DNA of 64,000 bases from Elsinoe ampelina (lineage: Eukaryota). Each line of letters begins with the position of its first letter. Positions within the stretch are counted from its first letter, which is position 1. Below, piece by piece: positions 1 through 12,545 of the stretch. Made by a program: the position numbers and the translations under genes. The stretch is taken from contig ML992509.1 in assembly GCA_010093995.1 (NCBI GenBank), forward strand, positions 542,178 through 606,177, written 5' to 3'. The notes below the pieces were generated by a model, which was not told the DNA's origin, made no database searches, and saw only the letters and a list, made by a program, of their open reading frames with translations.

Positions 1-1140
1 ATGGCGACAGGACTTTCACTACCACAAGGGAGAGTTCATGGCAAAGGTGTGTCCACATGGATTATACGTTACGTCACAGCACTTACACTTGACAGTATCC
101 TCTCATACCAGGTAGGGATCACAACCCTTGCATCACCCTCCTATGCCGATGTTAGTCTCCAGGTCACGAAGCTGCCGGCACAGTGGTCGCATTGGGATCA
201 AGCGTCAAGTCCTTCCAGATTGGAGATCGTGTAGCGGCTGATCCCATGCATCCTTGTGGCTCCTGCTTTCACTGCCAACGCACCCAGCCTTTGATGTGTG
301 AGAACCTCACTGGCTACGGCGGGAACGGTATTCGCTTCCTCCTTCTCCCCTGGCCTTCATCTGACCTTTACTAGCACCTGGTGGATTCGCCGAGTACTGC
401 GCCTATCCCTCACACCTCCTACACAACATCGGCGACATCCCCTTTCGTCAAGCCATCCTCATCGAGCCCGCCGCCTGCGCCCTCCACGGCATGGAACGCA
501 TGTCCCCACGACCAGGCAGCCGTGCTCTTCTCTTCGGCTGTGGTCCCACAGGCATCCTCCTCGCTCAACTCATGCGCATGAACGGCGTCGCTCACGTACG
601 CTCCCTTCCCCACATTCCCCATGGAAGCACCATCTAATCCCTGGCCCTCAGTTGACTATCGCCTCCCTCCCCGGCCCCAAACTCGACATGGCACGCGAAC
701 TCGCCATCGCAGACGACTTCGTCCCCATCTCCCCCGCCGACGTCCGAGAAGCAATGGCCTCCCTTCTCGCCGCCAACCCGTACGGCTTCGACATCGTCGT
801 CGAAGCTACCGGCTCTGTCGCCGTGCTGGAACAATCCATCCTTTTCGTTCGCAAAGCGGGCACGTTAGTCGTGTACGGCGTATACGATGAGAAGGCTAAA
901 GTAGGCTGGAGTCCGAGTAGACTGTGGACATATGAGATCACGGTGCTGGCGAGTTTCTGCTCGACGAGGAAGTTTCCCGAGGTGTTGGAGTATGTGAAGG
1001 CGGGGAGGCTGAAGTTGGATGGGATCGTGACGGATACGTTTAGGTTGGAGGAATGGGGTGAGGTTCTAGGGAAGGTGGAGAGGCAGGAGGTCGTGAAGGG
1101 GGCTATAGTATTTGAGCGACCTGACCCGAAGCAGGCCTAG
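1..1140 (+). CDS. Zinc-dependent medium-chain alcohol/polyol dehydrogenase (arabinitol/sorbitol DH-like), multi-exon, 5' end truncated by the window
   Basis: ORF pieces join across GT-AG introns: GHE Zn motif at ~161 (GGTCACGAA), GDRVAADP..CGSCFHC..PLMC structural-Zn lobe, IEPAACALHG, FGCGPTG Rossmann motif, GFDIVVEATG, stop at 1140. Confidence 0.85.
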
Positions 1141-1185
1141 GAGAGATCCTTGTCTCAATGTGTATCACAGTCTGTCCATGAGGAT

Positions 1186-2932
1186 CTAAGACTCTCTCTT
1201 CACCTCCTCGACTCTAGTCTCTCCCATGTCCTTCTCGTCAAATAGCCCCGTGTTGAGCTTGACATCCATCATCGCCTCATCGTGGATCGTGCTCACATAG
1301 GCATGGAACTTCCTCGCTCCGACGCGGTGCATGAACATCTCGTCGATCTCTTCGAGGGTGCGGCCCTTCATCTCCGGGATGAAGAAGAAGAAGAAAATGA
1401 CGCAGGCAAAGTTGGACCCTGCCCAGATGTAGCCGTATTGTGAGCCCTGAGGAGTGATCAGTGGTGCTTCAACGAGAGGGGTACACGTCCTACCCAGTTC
1501 AAATTCGCCGTGTTGATAAAGTACGGCGAGCAAAAGCTCGTCAACCACGCAAGCAAGTACCCAATCGCCGTCGCCGTCCCGACAGTCCAAGACCTCAGCC
1601 TCGTATTCACCACCTCTGTAGCAATCGGATACGACGCCGCGCCGACACAAGCACTGTCATCCGATCAGCAACCCCCCCATCCTCACCAGCTCAATACCAA
1701 CTCACCAATAAGCACACATGAACAAGCTCGAAAACGCAATGAGACAATTCCTCGCGCCCACCGTCCCCTCCGCCACAGTCCCACTCACCGCGACGGCCAA
1801 CATACACAACCCACAAACCGTCGCGCCAACCATACAAATGACCCTCCTACCACACCAAAACCTCATGGCCACCATGCCGAAATTCACCCCGACAAACCCA
1901 AAACAACTCTGCATGACACTAAACTTGAACGCCTCATCCACGCTCAGCCCGGACACGATGAGGAAATACGTACTGTACGCGATGAAGAACCAACTCCCGC
2001 TCGCCGCCTGACACGCGATCATGCCGAAACACAACACCGTCCTGCGCAGATCCGTGCCGCGGAACATGTCCACCGCGCCCACGCTGCTCGCCAACGTTTC
2101 CTGCTCGGAAATACTCCTGACCATCTCGGCCCACTCGAGCTCGATAAATTCCGGCGCCACAGAGCCGGAGCGGAGGGTTTCGAGGGCGCGTTTGGCGGCG
2201 GCGGGGCGGTTTTTGTGGAGCAGGTAGCGGGGGGATTCGGGGACGAAGAAGAGGCCGATGGAGAGGAAGAGGGGCACGATGAACAGGGTGCCGATGGGGA
2301 TTTGGTAGGATGCTTTGGTGAGGAGGCGTTGGGTTGTGTTGGTTATGGCGGCGCCGATGATGGAGCCGATTGTGACCCCTGGGAGGGCGGGGTTAGTGGG
2401 GCGACAGGGGGAGGGGAAAGGGGGGGGGGAGCGTACAGTAAGCGAAGAGGGCGACGATGACGCCGCGGAGGTGCGCGGGGCTGGCTTCCGAGGTGTAGAT
2501 GTTGCTGAAGCTGACGAGGAAGCCGTTGGCGAAGCCGAGGATCAGGCGGCCGACGTAGATGGCGCCTTTGTTGACGGTGGCGATCTGGATGATGCAGGCG
2601 ACGGCGTTCATCCCGCAGGCGAGCCAGAGGGCGGGCTTACGGCCCATGTAGTGTGCGAAAGCACCGGCTACGAGACAGGAGAGGAACGAGCCCAGAGTGA
2701 GCAGTGAGGCGATGAGTTGCTGGAAGGTCGGAGCGATGGCATAACCTCCTGGTGCAGATGGGTCCTCGTAGCCAAAGACAGCCAGGAAGCCTGGCATGGC
2801 TTGTAGACCGCCGACGGCTGCAGAGTCGAGGCCATACTGCATATTGGCGATGGAGACAATGCAGCAGATGATGAGGCATTTGCGGTTCGCCCACAAGGAC
2901 GTCTCGGGAATGGTGACCTTGTGGTCCGCCAT
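1186..2932 (-). CDS. MFS sugar porter (maltose/alpha-glucoside-transporter-like), several introns
   Basis: MADHKV start at 2932; QYGLD, GRK loop, YVGRLILG, YTSEASPAHLRG, PESPRYL, PEMKGRTLEEIDEMF sugar-porter signatures across ORFs 2393-3016, 1702-2277 and 1186-1650. Confidence 0.9.
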
Positions 2933-3875
2933 GATGGTGTTTACTTTCTGATAGTGGATGAGATGGTCGAGGGTATCAAGTGAAGGAAAGGCGGACAAAG
3001 ATGAGATAAGATTCAACTCGGGGACTCGCTGAAGTGACTGTACCTATATTGAACCGGCGGTCACTACTTCCCCATGTTACGGAGTGGTAAACTCTGAGGG
3101 ATGCAGTGCTTGATTCTCCGCAGTGATTGGGGAAGCAGACCAGAAAGTGGGACACGGCATGGCCAGTGGCCTTGGTATGTTGCGGGGCCCCAGAGATCGG
3201 CAAAGAGGGAGGTGGAGGTGGTCAGGGGAGTGATTGGTGATGTGGTCGAGGGGTTAGCAAGGCCAAGTCAGTCCCATGAGACCATCATTGCACTGAGTAG
3301 CTCCAGCCTGAGTTCTTGCTGGCTGGCAGAAGTCATGAACTGAGGACCATGTAGATAGAGCAGAGTGAACCTGATGAGCAATGCCTTTAGACGATGTTGA
3401 GGTTGGAGAGCAAGACCAGGTCAGAGATGAAGAGGCGGGGTCGGTCATGGGGTTTCTCCGGAAGAGACCCACCCGAGCCGCAGGCATGTTGGTTGGGTTT
3501 TCCATTCAAGTTGCTGCTTCTCCTCACCTTTACCATCGTCGCCCGTCTCTGTATACCAGATAATCCAACCCGCCTAGGCAGTGATCCTGGGACACGGCTC
3601 ATCACAAATACCTTAAACCTCACAGTCAACAGTCAAGGTAAGAATAATGTATATACCAAGGAAACTACCATCCTAAACGGATGCTATGATAATCATCAGA
3701 CATTATTGAACAGCATGCTCTTCAGCTCGATAAAGTTGATTGATGATCGTCAAGGAGTGACTCGGGTCAGGTGTTATCGCCAGGCCATTGCTCTAGAAAA
3801 TAGCAGGCATCTGGTCGATGAAAATGTAAGAGAACTTCTTTTTGGACGCCCGGGTATCATCGCGGCCAAGGACGC

Positions 3876-4664
3876 TTAGTTCCTGTTGTAACCCTTGGAT
3901 GGAGGAGTGTAGCCGCCACCTGATGGCTGCTCTGGCGCGGGAGCCGGAGCTGGGGCAGGCGTAGTCGAGCCGCCTGAGCCCGAGTCGTCGCCAGAGCCAT
4001 CTCCCGAGTCGTCACCGGAGCCGCCTGAGCCTCCGGCACCGCCGCCAACAGATCCACCGGCGCCACCGCCGACAGATCCGCCAGCCCCGCCACCGACAGA
4101 GCCACCAGCACCTCCACCGACGGATCCACCAGCTCCAGCACCAGCGCCAGCACCGCCCTTGCCGTAGCCACCAGCGCCGCCGCCGACAGAGCCACCGGCA
4201 CTTCCACCAGCGGAGCCACCAGCACCTCCACCGACGGAGCCACCGGCGCTTCCACCAGCGGAGCCACCAGCACCTCCACCAACGGAGCCACCAGCTCCAC
4301 CGCCGACAGAGCCGCCGGCACCCGCGCCAGCGCCTCCCTTGCCGTAACCACCAGCACCACCACCAAGCATGCCACCAAGACCGGCCCCAGCACCAGCACC
4401 AGCACCAAGACCAGCACCACCGTATCCTTTGGCAGCACCCTTGGAGCCGAGAAGATCCGAGAGTATACCTCCAAGACCACCGGCGAGACCAGCGCCGGCG
4501 CCGCTTCCGATGTTCAGACCGCCGCCCGCCTTGGCGCCGAGGCCGAGGCCGAGGCCGCCGTAGCCGCCGCCGAAAGTGCGCTTCTCGAGGCTCTGCTCGG
4601 AGACGGGGGCCGCAGTGGCGGTGTAGGCCAGAATGGCGAGGGCGATGGAGGGTGTGAACTTCAT
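3876..4664 (-). CDS. Secreted glycine/alanine/serine-rich repeat protein (262 aa)
   Basis: Single ORF; signal peptide MKFTPSIALAILAYTATA, LEKR Kex2-type site, then repeated GAGGS(V/A)GG units; TATA-like TATAAG about 195 bp upstream on the minus strand. Confidence 0.85.
   Translation of the reverse strand: MKFTPSIALAILAYTATAAPVSEQSLEKRTFGGGYGGLGLGLGAKAGGGLNIGSGAGAGLAGGLGGILSDLLGSKGAAKGYGGAGLGAGAGAGAGLGGMLGGGAGGYGKGGAGAGAGGSVGGGAGGSVGGGAGGSAGGSAGGSVGGGAGGSAGGSAGGSVGGGAGGYGKGGAGAGAGAGGSVGGGAGGSVGGGAGGSVGGGAGGSVGGGAGGSGGSGDDSGDGSGDDSGSGGSTTPAPAPAPAPEQPSGGGYTPPSKGYNRN
4023..4350 (-). repeat. Coding tandem repeat (12/24-bp units; GGSVGGGA/GGSAGGSA) in the Gly-rich gene
   Basis: Recurring units such as GAGCCACCAGCACCTCCACCGACG; an ~48-aa GGYGKGGAGAGAG-initiated block occurs twice. 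Confidence 0.85.
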
Positions 4665-6415
4665 TTTGATGTGTGAAGAGTGGGTTTGATTAAGGTTGTG
4701 TGAAGAAGTGGGTTGTGATTAAGAGTAGTAGAAGAGTGTAGTGTTGTAGCGAATGTATTAGGTAGCACCTGGCTGAATGGATGTTTTGTGTGTGGGAGAA
4801 GATGGAAGAGATGCGATGGGATGGAGAAGATGGAAGGGAAGCAGGGAGAGGTTACTTATATCGTCGTTTGAGAGGTGGACTTGCCTTGTGCATTCGACGG
4901 GAGAATAGGTTTGTTGTGGAAGGTCGTGCGCAAAAGGGTCTGACAATAATCGATGCGAGAGATGGCGCTACGCTATGGTGATACGGGGGGATTTGTGATG
5001 TGGCGCGCTCATGGACCAGAAGGTAGAGGACGGTACGCTGTGGTGATGGTCGAGATGTGGTCGATGCGGCCTCAGGAAAGGCCATTGTGGGAGGTGGTAG
5101 AGGGAGCACTGATGGCGGAAAGAGTGTATGAGAATGATGGTGAGACAGTTACCAGTGATGGAAAGAATACGAGGTTGTTTGTGATGTCGATGCGTGGTAG
5201 TCTAAGCTCCGGGATCGACAGGCACTGGGCCGGATGCCGGCAGGTAGAGATGCGGTGGGCCCTCGGCTTGTCTTGGTTTGAGGGCAGCACGAGTTTCGAA
5301 GCTCATGACTATCGTTTCATTGGTGTTGTAAGGTTTGAATGCGGGATCTGGTTGAAAGTGTGGCTCAGGGGTTGCTCGACGCACGGTGCGATCTCCAGAC
5401 CGCACGGGCCAAGCTCAAAATGCACAGACCATGTTCAGAACAACCCATCGTGTGCAGTAGTACTTGGACCGCAATCACTTAGAAGGCCTGCATTATCTGC
5501 TGAAAAATGATCAGATCAGATCAGCTATGACTGAGTGTAAAGTTGATGTACGGGACAAGGTATGGTACCGGACTCACTCACCTCCGACACACCAGGCCTG
5601 GGAGCTGCAGCATTGCCGGCTCTTTTAGGCGAGAGCATAGTCCATGCGCCGCGAGACCCAGACCTCATCTTGCCGGAGAGACGACGATCATGGCTTGATG
5701 TTAGACTCCGTGGGGCTTCACGGATGTGCCTGGTCGCATCCATGGTTGGTGGCGAAGGAGTCGGCAAAGGGCTCCCTCTGTTGACCTCCCAACAAGGACG
5801 GATATCTGCTGTTAGAGGTTTCGCCCTGGACATACTTGACCAATACCGGATAAGAACATGGTCAGACATGCATGGAAGGATGCACCTTAGCAAGATATTG
5901 TAGAAGAACAAGGTACAGTCTTGACGAGGAAAGTGCAGCCATTGCTGTTTCTCCGCATAGCGATGCATCTCCAAACACGTAGGGCTTGCATGAAGAGCAC
6001 CTTCACACGACAGGAGTGATGCAGGAGACTGTGCAGATCTTGACCATTCAAGCTTTGCTCCAGATTCTGGTAAAGAAACAAAAGTAAGCCACGTCGTGCA
6101 CCAATACAGTGAGAAGCAAAGCGAAAGACTGGCTTCAACCAGGTGCCTTCCAAACAAGCCGCTCCGAGGTCTCCCAATGCATTCTCCAAATGCAGCCCTG
6201 AAGCAGTACCTGTTCCGAATCGGTCATTCTTTCATCCTTGTATTTTCTGTACCGTCATCATAGTCTTCTCGGCCATGCCTGTTCGTCTCTGTGTTCCATG
6301 TACAGAGCAATGGCCGATTAGCTTAGGGTATCTCTTGTCATTCTGTAATCGTAATCATCGTATGTCTTGGTGATGCCGTGGTGACCTCTTTCGGATGAAC
6401 GCTGTGTGTCCAAGG

Positions 6416-7494
6416 CTACATCGGCAGCCCTCTTTCGGTCTTCCATAGTTCAAAAGCTAGACTGGGCGTGCTCTTAATGACGGAATAGACGTCCTGAGTA
6501 TTGGCCAGTTGTGGGTGAGTGCGGAATGCTTGAATGACAACGTTTCGGAGACCCCTATCCGAATCGATGGTACTGTTGTAGACCTCCTCGACAGCATCTG
6601 CAAACTCTGGCGAGTCGTAGAAGCACGCCATGGCTACCTCAAACTTTGCTTGTGCGAGAGATTTGAGTGCAGGTATCTGGTATTTTTCGGCCAGAGCATA
6701 CACGCGGGTGTGCGCAAGCAGATGCGACTCGTCAGAATCGTACTCCTCATAGTCTTCCGATTCAGACTGTGTATCTGATCGAGACTGCGTCGGAATCTTT
6801 GCGCCCGCTGTCCGCACCTTCAGTGACGCAGGGATAGGGCTCGGCGACCTGCCCGACGGCGAAGCGACAGAAGACTCCGGTGATGGTGGAGCATGTGCTG
6901 CAGCCTGAGCAAAAAGAGGATCTGACGATGCCGTCAAGTTGAGCTTCTGGACAGGTGCACTAGTATCCACAGTGACATTCTCCGTGGTCTGAGTCAAGTA
7001 ATCCAGGTGGTAGAAGTCTGAAAAGCATCAGCATCCTCGATGAATCGCCAGGGTCCAGGCGGCCACGCAAGTACAGCGGATGCCGCAGCGATAACGTCAC
7101 GGAGGCACTGTCTTCTTGGCTGTCTCTGGAGGTGAATGTTCGGATGGGGGTCGTAGCCGGAGGTGACCCTCTGACGTTGAGGCAAAGAGGGGACTTGACT
7201 TACAGTGTATCATGTGTTCGACCGCGTCTTCGTCATCCTCGCTCAAATCAATGGACCTGGTTTGCGCCTCCAGAAATTGGCCACCACAAGCTCCATCGAA
7301 GAAACTTGACCGCGAGCAAAGGATTGCTCTGTGGACTTGCCATGATCTTGACTTGCATCTGATTGTCAAGTCGGAGTACTTGCCGCCGACGTGAAGGCTT
7401 CTACATGTCAGTGCGACTCTGAGGATCCATGCTGTGGGTACTAGACGTACGAGGAGAGCCCAGACAGTAGTTCGTCACGCTGCTCGTCGGACAT
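6416..7494 (-). CDS. BTB/POZ domain protein, 3 exons
   Basis: Spliced reading [14 protein letters not shown] / [41 protein letters not shown] / [24 protein letters not shown], typical of fungal BTB proteins. Confidence 0.88.
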
Positions 7495-8817
7495 GGTGGT
7501 GGGGAGCCGATGCGTCTTCTCGAAGTAAATCAAGCCCACCATCGAAATTCGTTCAGAAATGCTTATCGGCACCGGATTGTAGCTTGACAAAAGGTCTCGG
7601 GCGGAGAGATCAATGTCGCGTGGTCAATGGATATCAACGCAATGAGAAGATGTCAAATTTCTCAAGCTTGCGAGCCCCCGGATCTCGATGATCTGCGCTA
7701 GCTCGTCGGTGTGATGAATCGGTGGGGATGCCGCAAATTTACTGTCACCTGCTCAAAAGCCCGGCAAACGGGTGAAGGGCTACCCTGAGCTGAGGTGTGG
7801 TGGGATGCGGTTCCGGCAAATGCAGGCAGGATGGGTGCCAGCAGAGTCGGCTGTGGGTGTGAGACAATTGACTGGCAGTAATTGATCGTTAGGTTAGCTG
7901 AGGTTCTTGTGCTTGGCCTTCACTCAATACCGATATAGGCGTGAAGCAAGTGTTGACAAGAGTTGTATCGAGGTCGAAACAATACAGGCGGCTTGGAGAA
8001 GCTATATACATGACGTGCCCGCACTCGGCGATCCAGACCAGATTCAACAGGTCGTCGCAATGCGTCGTCGAGAAAAACATCTGTGGTGCAAAGACGGTGT
8101 GGTAGTCGTTCAGACAGGGTTCTGGCTGCCATGTTGTCGTTGCATGCATCGCTCGATGTGTCTGGACCTGAGTGTGCTCGCTGTCTCATCCAATCAATCG
8201 AGGACAACACGACCATTCCTCGCAACTTGCTCTGCAGACGTCAGGGGAACGCGTTCCCCGTGTGTGCTCCCATGCGAGGCGGGAGACTGGTGAAACATGA
8301 AGACAGCGAGAGATTGCGAGGCTAGCCCTCGAGTGCAGCATGAGAGGGATTCTCCAGTGGGCCAAACGTCCCTGCATTGTACTCGAAGAGGCAGGAAGGT
8401 AAGCATGACGGTGCAACGATACATAGTCAGAGCCAAGAGTATTCGCGGTGTCTACGTAAGCAGTGGCTGAAGCCATTTGTCTCTGAAATTCGTGCCTTGA
8501 GAGTCAGAACCTGATAGAGGCGAGGTGGAATGGCACAAAGAAATGGCAGCTACAAGTACTGTCGTTCTGTGCAAGAAGTGTATGAGAATGTTTGCACCGT
8601 TTGCAGCCCGAAGCTGTCCCGCAGTGACGCCATGTCAATCCATCTTCCATCGCTGTCCTTCTCAGAAATTCACTCTGGAGCTTCCATAAGCACATGCTAA
8701 TTCTGAAATACGAGCGGATTTGGCGTTCAGACTCCGCTACATTCTCTTCTCCAGCGTTCTGATTCTCACACTTCAAGATCATGCTTATTCTAGCATAAAG
8801 AAGGTCATCTGTCTGAC

Positions 8818-11267
8818 ATGGGCGAGTTCAAGCTCTCGGCCACGCTCACCGGGCATGAGGATGATGTGAGTTTACAACGGAACCAGTACTCGCTACCCTA
8901 GCAGTTTCTATTATCTAACACTGCTTGTAGGTCCGCGCCGTCGTCTTTCCTTCACCCAAAGTAGTTCTTTCTGCCTCACGAGATGGCACTGTGCGCAAAT
9001 GGACTCTCACCTCCCCCAAACCTGTCACTTTCGACGACACGATAGCGGTTCAGTCTTCGTCTTTTGTCAACTCTTTAACAGTGCTTCCACCGTCGAAACA
9101 GTACCCTGAGGGTCTAATAGCATCTGCTGGGAAGGACACAGTCATCGACGTACGGCAACCTGGATCCGCGCCAGATCAGAACGCTGAGCGACTTCTCCTA
9201 GGACATGCTCACAATGTCTGTACCCTGGACGCGGCATCGGATGGACTCCATCTTGTGAGTGGTGGGTGGGATACACAAGCAAGAGTATGGGACATTGAGC
9301 GTGGAGAAACCGTGGCGGAGCTCAAAGGACATGAAGCTAGTGTGTGGGCAGTCCTGGTGTATGATGACCAACATATTATCACGGGATGCGCGGATAAGCA
9401 TATTCGCATCTTCGCTCCTCAAGGCAAACTTCTTTGCGACGTTGGAGGCTTACCAGATGTCGTCCGCGCATTATGCAAGCTGCCACCCAATCACCCGTCG
9501 GGAGCAGCATTTGCGTCTGCTGGGAACGATCAGATCATCCGTTTATGGACCATCGACGGCGCTGAGATGGCTCAACTCCACGGTCATGAGAATTTTATTT
9601 ACTCCTTGGGCGTGATACCAGATACAGGCGACCTGGTTAGTTCTTCTGAAGACAGGACCGTTCGTGTATGGAGGGACAAGGAATGTATACAGACGATCAC
9701 ACATCCTGCAATATCTGTCTGGTCAGTAGCTGTATGTCCGGAGACTGGAGACATTGCGACTGGAGCAAGCGACAAGATTGTCCGCGTGTTCTCGCGAGAT
9801 CCAAACCGGCAGGCCGAGCAGGAAGTCCTCAAGGCGTTTCAGGACAGCATCGAAGCGTCCACGATACCGCAGCAAACGACAGGAGATGGTCAACAGATCA
9901 ACAAGGAATCGCTTCCCGGCCCAGGTAATTCACATCAGCCATGATGGAGATCCTATCTAACCATGACAGATTTCCTGACCAGCAAATCCGGCACCAAAGA
10001 GGGCCAGGTACAGATGATACGACAGGATGATGGTAGCGTCACAGCGCACACCTGGTCGTCAGCCGCCCAGCAATGGATCAACGTCGGAACGGTCGTCGAT
10101 TCGACAGCCAGCAGTGGTCGGAAGGTGACACACAACGGACAAGACTATGATTACGTCTTTGACGTTGACATTGAAGACGGCAAACCTCCCCTCAAGCTGC
10201 CATTCAACACCAATCAGAATCCATACGAGGTTGCCCAGAAATTTATCGCCAACAACGAACTCCCAGTCACCTACCTTGATCAAGTCGCAAACTTTATTCT
10301 GCAAAACACACAAGGTGCGACCATTGGCACTGGCTCACAACCTCAAGGACCTGGTCGGGATCCATGGGGAACAGAAAACAGATATCGACCAGGAGAAGCT
10401 GGAGCTCCATCGCCCAAAGGAGACACTCGACCCAAAGCACTGCCTCAGACATCCTACTTATCTATCACATCCGCAAACCTGCCTGCAATCCGAAAGAAGA
10501 CGATGGAATTAAACGAGACAGAAGATGCGTCAGCAAAGCTTTCAGCAGAGGAAATCTCATCCCTCGAGTCTCTCATCAAGCAGCTTGCTTCGTCGCCTCG
10601 AGATCCCAAACCACAGTCTACTCAGATTGACGTGGTCATCAAGATCATCTCTTCATGGGGTCCAGCATCGAAGCTGCCAGGTCTAGATCTATTGCGTCTC
10701 ACAGCCGTTGCACCGTCCTTTGCTGCGACTACGAGTGCAGGCCAAGGTACGATCGTTGATACTCTGGTGTCTGCAAATTGCTATTCAGTGTCGGAAGATC
10801 GACCGAACAACACCATGATGGCGACCCGGATACTGGTAAATCTGTTCAACACAAGGGAGGGCCGTCTTATTGCTGATGGTGAGGGCGATCGCGTCCTGGA
10901 TCTCGTGAAAGAGTTCGCTGGAACATCAAACAAGAATTTGAGTGCCGCCATCGCAACTCTGCTCATCAATTATGCCGTACTTCTGACAAGTTCTGCTCCG
11001 GCCGACGCAAGCGGCACGAGGGAGCAGAGAGGAGCCAAGGTCGCCAGTATTGCTGCAACCCTGCTGCAAGCATCCGTGGACAGTGAGACAGTGTACAGAA
11101 GCTTGGTCGCCATGGGGACATCCCTCGGCCTTGGTGAGATATTCAGGAAGGAGACATCGCAAGCATTAGACCTGAATGGCTTGATCAGTAAAGTCTCGAG
11201 CGGAGCTTTCGGCAAGGAGGCCAGAGTCAAGAATCTGGTCGAAGAGATCAAAGACGAGCTGAAATGA
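8818..11267 (+). CDS. DOA1: Ubiquitin homeostasis protein Doa1/Ufd3/Lub1 (PLAA): WD40 + PFU + PUL domains
   Basis: Exon 1 MGEFKLSATLTGHEDD then a GTGAGT intron; WD40 repeats; PFU motif YDYVFDVDIEDGKPPLKLPFN; C-terminal PUL region; second intron near 9925-9969. Confidence 0.95.
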
Positions 11268-11385
11268 TATTGTCGCCGAGCCAGTTCAGCCGATGATGAG
11301 AGCAAAAGTCCAAGCATAGCGTACAGCCTAGCATGAAATGAAATAGACAACAACCGTGATGCATATATCTCACGTCAGCCTCCAT

Positions 11386-12102
11386 CTACAACTTTCCCCC
11401 TTCCACCGACACCTCAACCACCTGCTCCGCCCCCTCATACTCCGGAACATCAATCCCATACTTCTCCGCCAACTCCTTACTCAAGAACCTCCCACCCACC
11501 CAATGCCTCCCCTTGAACCACTTGACCAACGGCTTGGGCGCCGTCAAACTAATCAGTCCATCAGGCATATACCCCTTCCCGGGCCCACTCTCAGGCGGCC
11601 CAGTCTCAATATTCCAACTACTCGGGGCATCCACCGCCAACACCACCTTCCTCCCCTTGACCCCTTCCAACGCCCTAATCACCGCAGGGAACGGCTCCCT
11701 CACCTCTCCGGAAAAACTAGACCCAAACACCGCATCCACCAGCACATCGTTCTCCTCCACCGCAGCCTCAAAATCCCCCACCTCACGCACCTTCAGATCC
11801 CTCAACTGCGTCACCAGCCGGGAATAAATCTCCGCCTTCCCCTGCTTGGGATAGTACACGCTCGCCCGGTACCCGAAATGGTGCAAGTGGCGCGCGGCCA
11901 CGAGGCCGTCGCCGCCGTTGTTGCCGGGGCCGCAGGCGAGGAGGACGCGTGGGTGGGTGGCGGGTGGGGCGAGGCGGTGGAGGGCCGTGGCGACGGAGAG
12001 GCCGGCGAGTTCCATCAGTTGGTCGAGGGTGTAGGATAGGGTGGACATGAGTTCGGCGTCGAGGGAGGCGGCGGAGGAGGGCGTGAGGGGGCGGAGGGGC
12101 AT
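11386..12102 (-). CDS. NNR1: NAD(P)H-hydrate epimerase (YjeF_N family)
   Basis: QLMELAGLSVA, CGPGNNGGDGLVAARHL, VDAVFG.SF, VDAPSSW, LISLTAPK motifs. Confidence 0.95.
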   Translation of the reverse strand: MPLRPLTPSSAASLDAELMSTLSYTLDQLMELAGLSVATALHRLAPPATHPRVLLACGPGNNGGDGLVAARHLHHFGYRASVYYPKQGKAEIYSRLVTQLRDLKVREVGDFEAAVEENDVLVDAVFGSSFSGEVREPFPAVIRALEGVKGRKVVLAVDAPSSWNIETGPPESGPGKGYMPDGLISLTAPKPLVKWFKGRHWVGGRFLSKELAEKYGIDVPEYEGAEQVVEVSVEGGKL

Positions 12103-12545
12103 GGTTGCTGTTGGACGATGGGGGCTGGGTAGGGTGGTTGAGGAGTAGGATCTGGGTGGGTGTTGGCTTTTGCGATTGGGAAATGGTGTGGGTTGAATGG
12201 GAAATGTGCAGTTTCGGGCGTGAGGGAAGTGTGTAGAGCATTACATCATGGCTGTGATGCTCTTCAACCGGAAATCATGACTTGGATGCCTGCGAAGCGA
12301 AGAAACCAGATGCCTACCTTCTCACACGATATCGCTGTTGATGAGGAAGATCAAAGCGCCACCTGATAATTCTTCTTACACGACATGTACGATCCGTTGA
12401 TCAGGAAAACAAATGGTGTTACCTTATAGATACCAAACCCCATCCTAAGCTTCTGATTGGCTCCCCATCCACTCAAATCTTCCTCCCAATTTCCACCTCC
12501 ACCACCCACACCCATACAATCCCTTCAACTCCAACCCGCCACGCC

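Noticed and set aside
1461..2707. Long antisense or alternate-frame ORFs (e.g. 1510-2460, 11356-12039, 21262-21900, 30113-30913, 54398-55369)
   Set aside because: Shadow ORFs of real genes in GC-rich, skewed codon regions; no recognisable domains.
4758..6373. ORFs 4953-5510 and 5525-6157, and similar ORFs at 7889-8782
   Set aside because: No motifs, atypical composition and often non-ATG starts; most likely promoter or UTR sequence.
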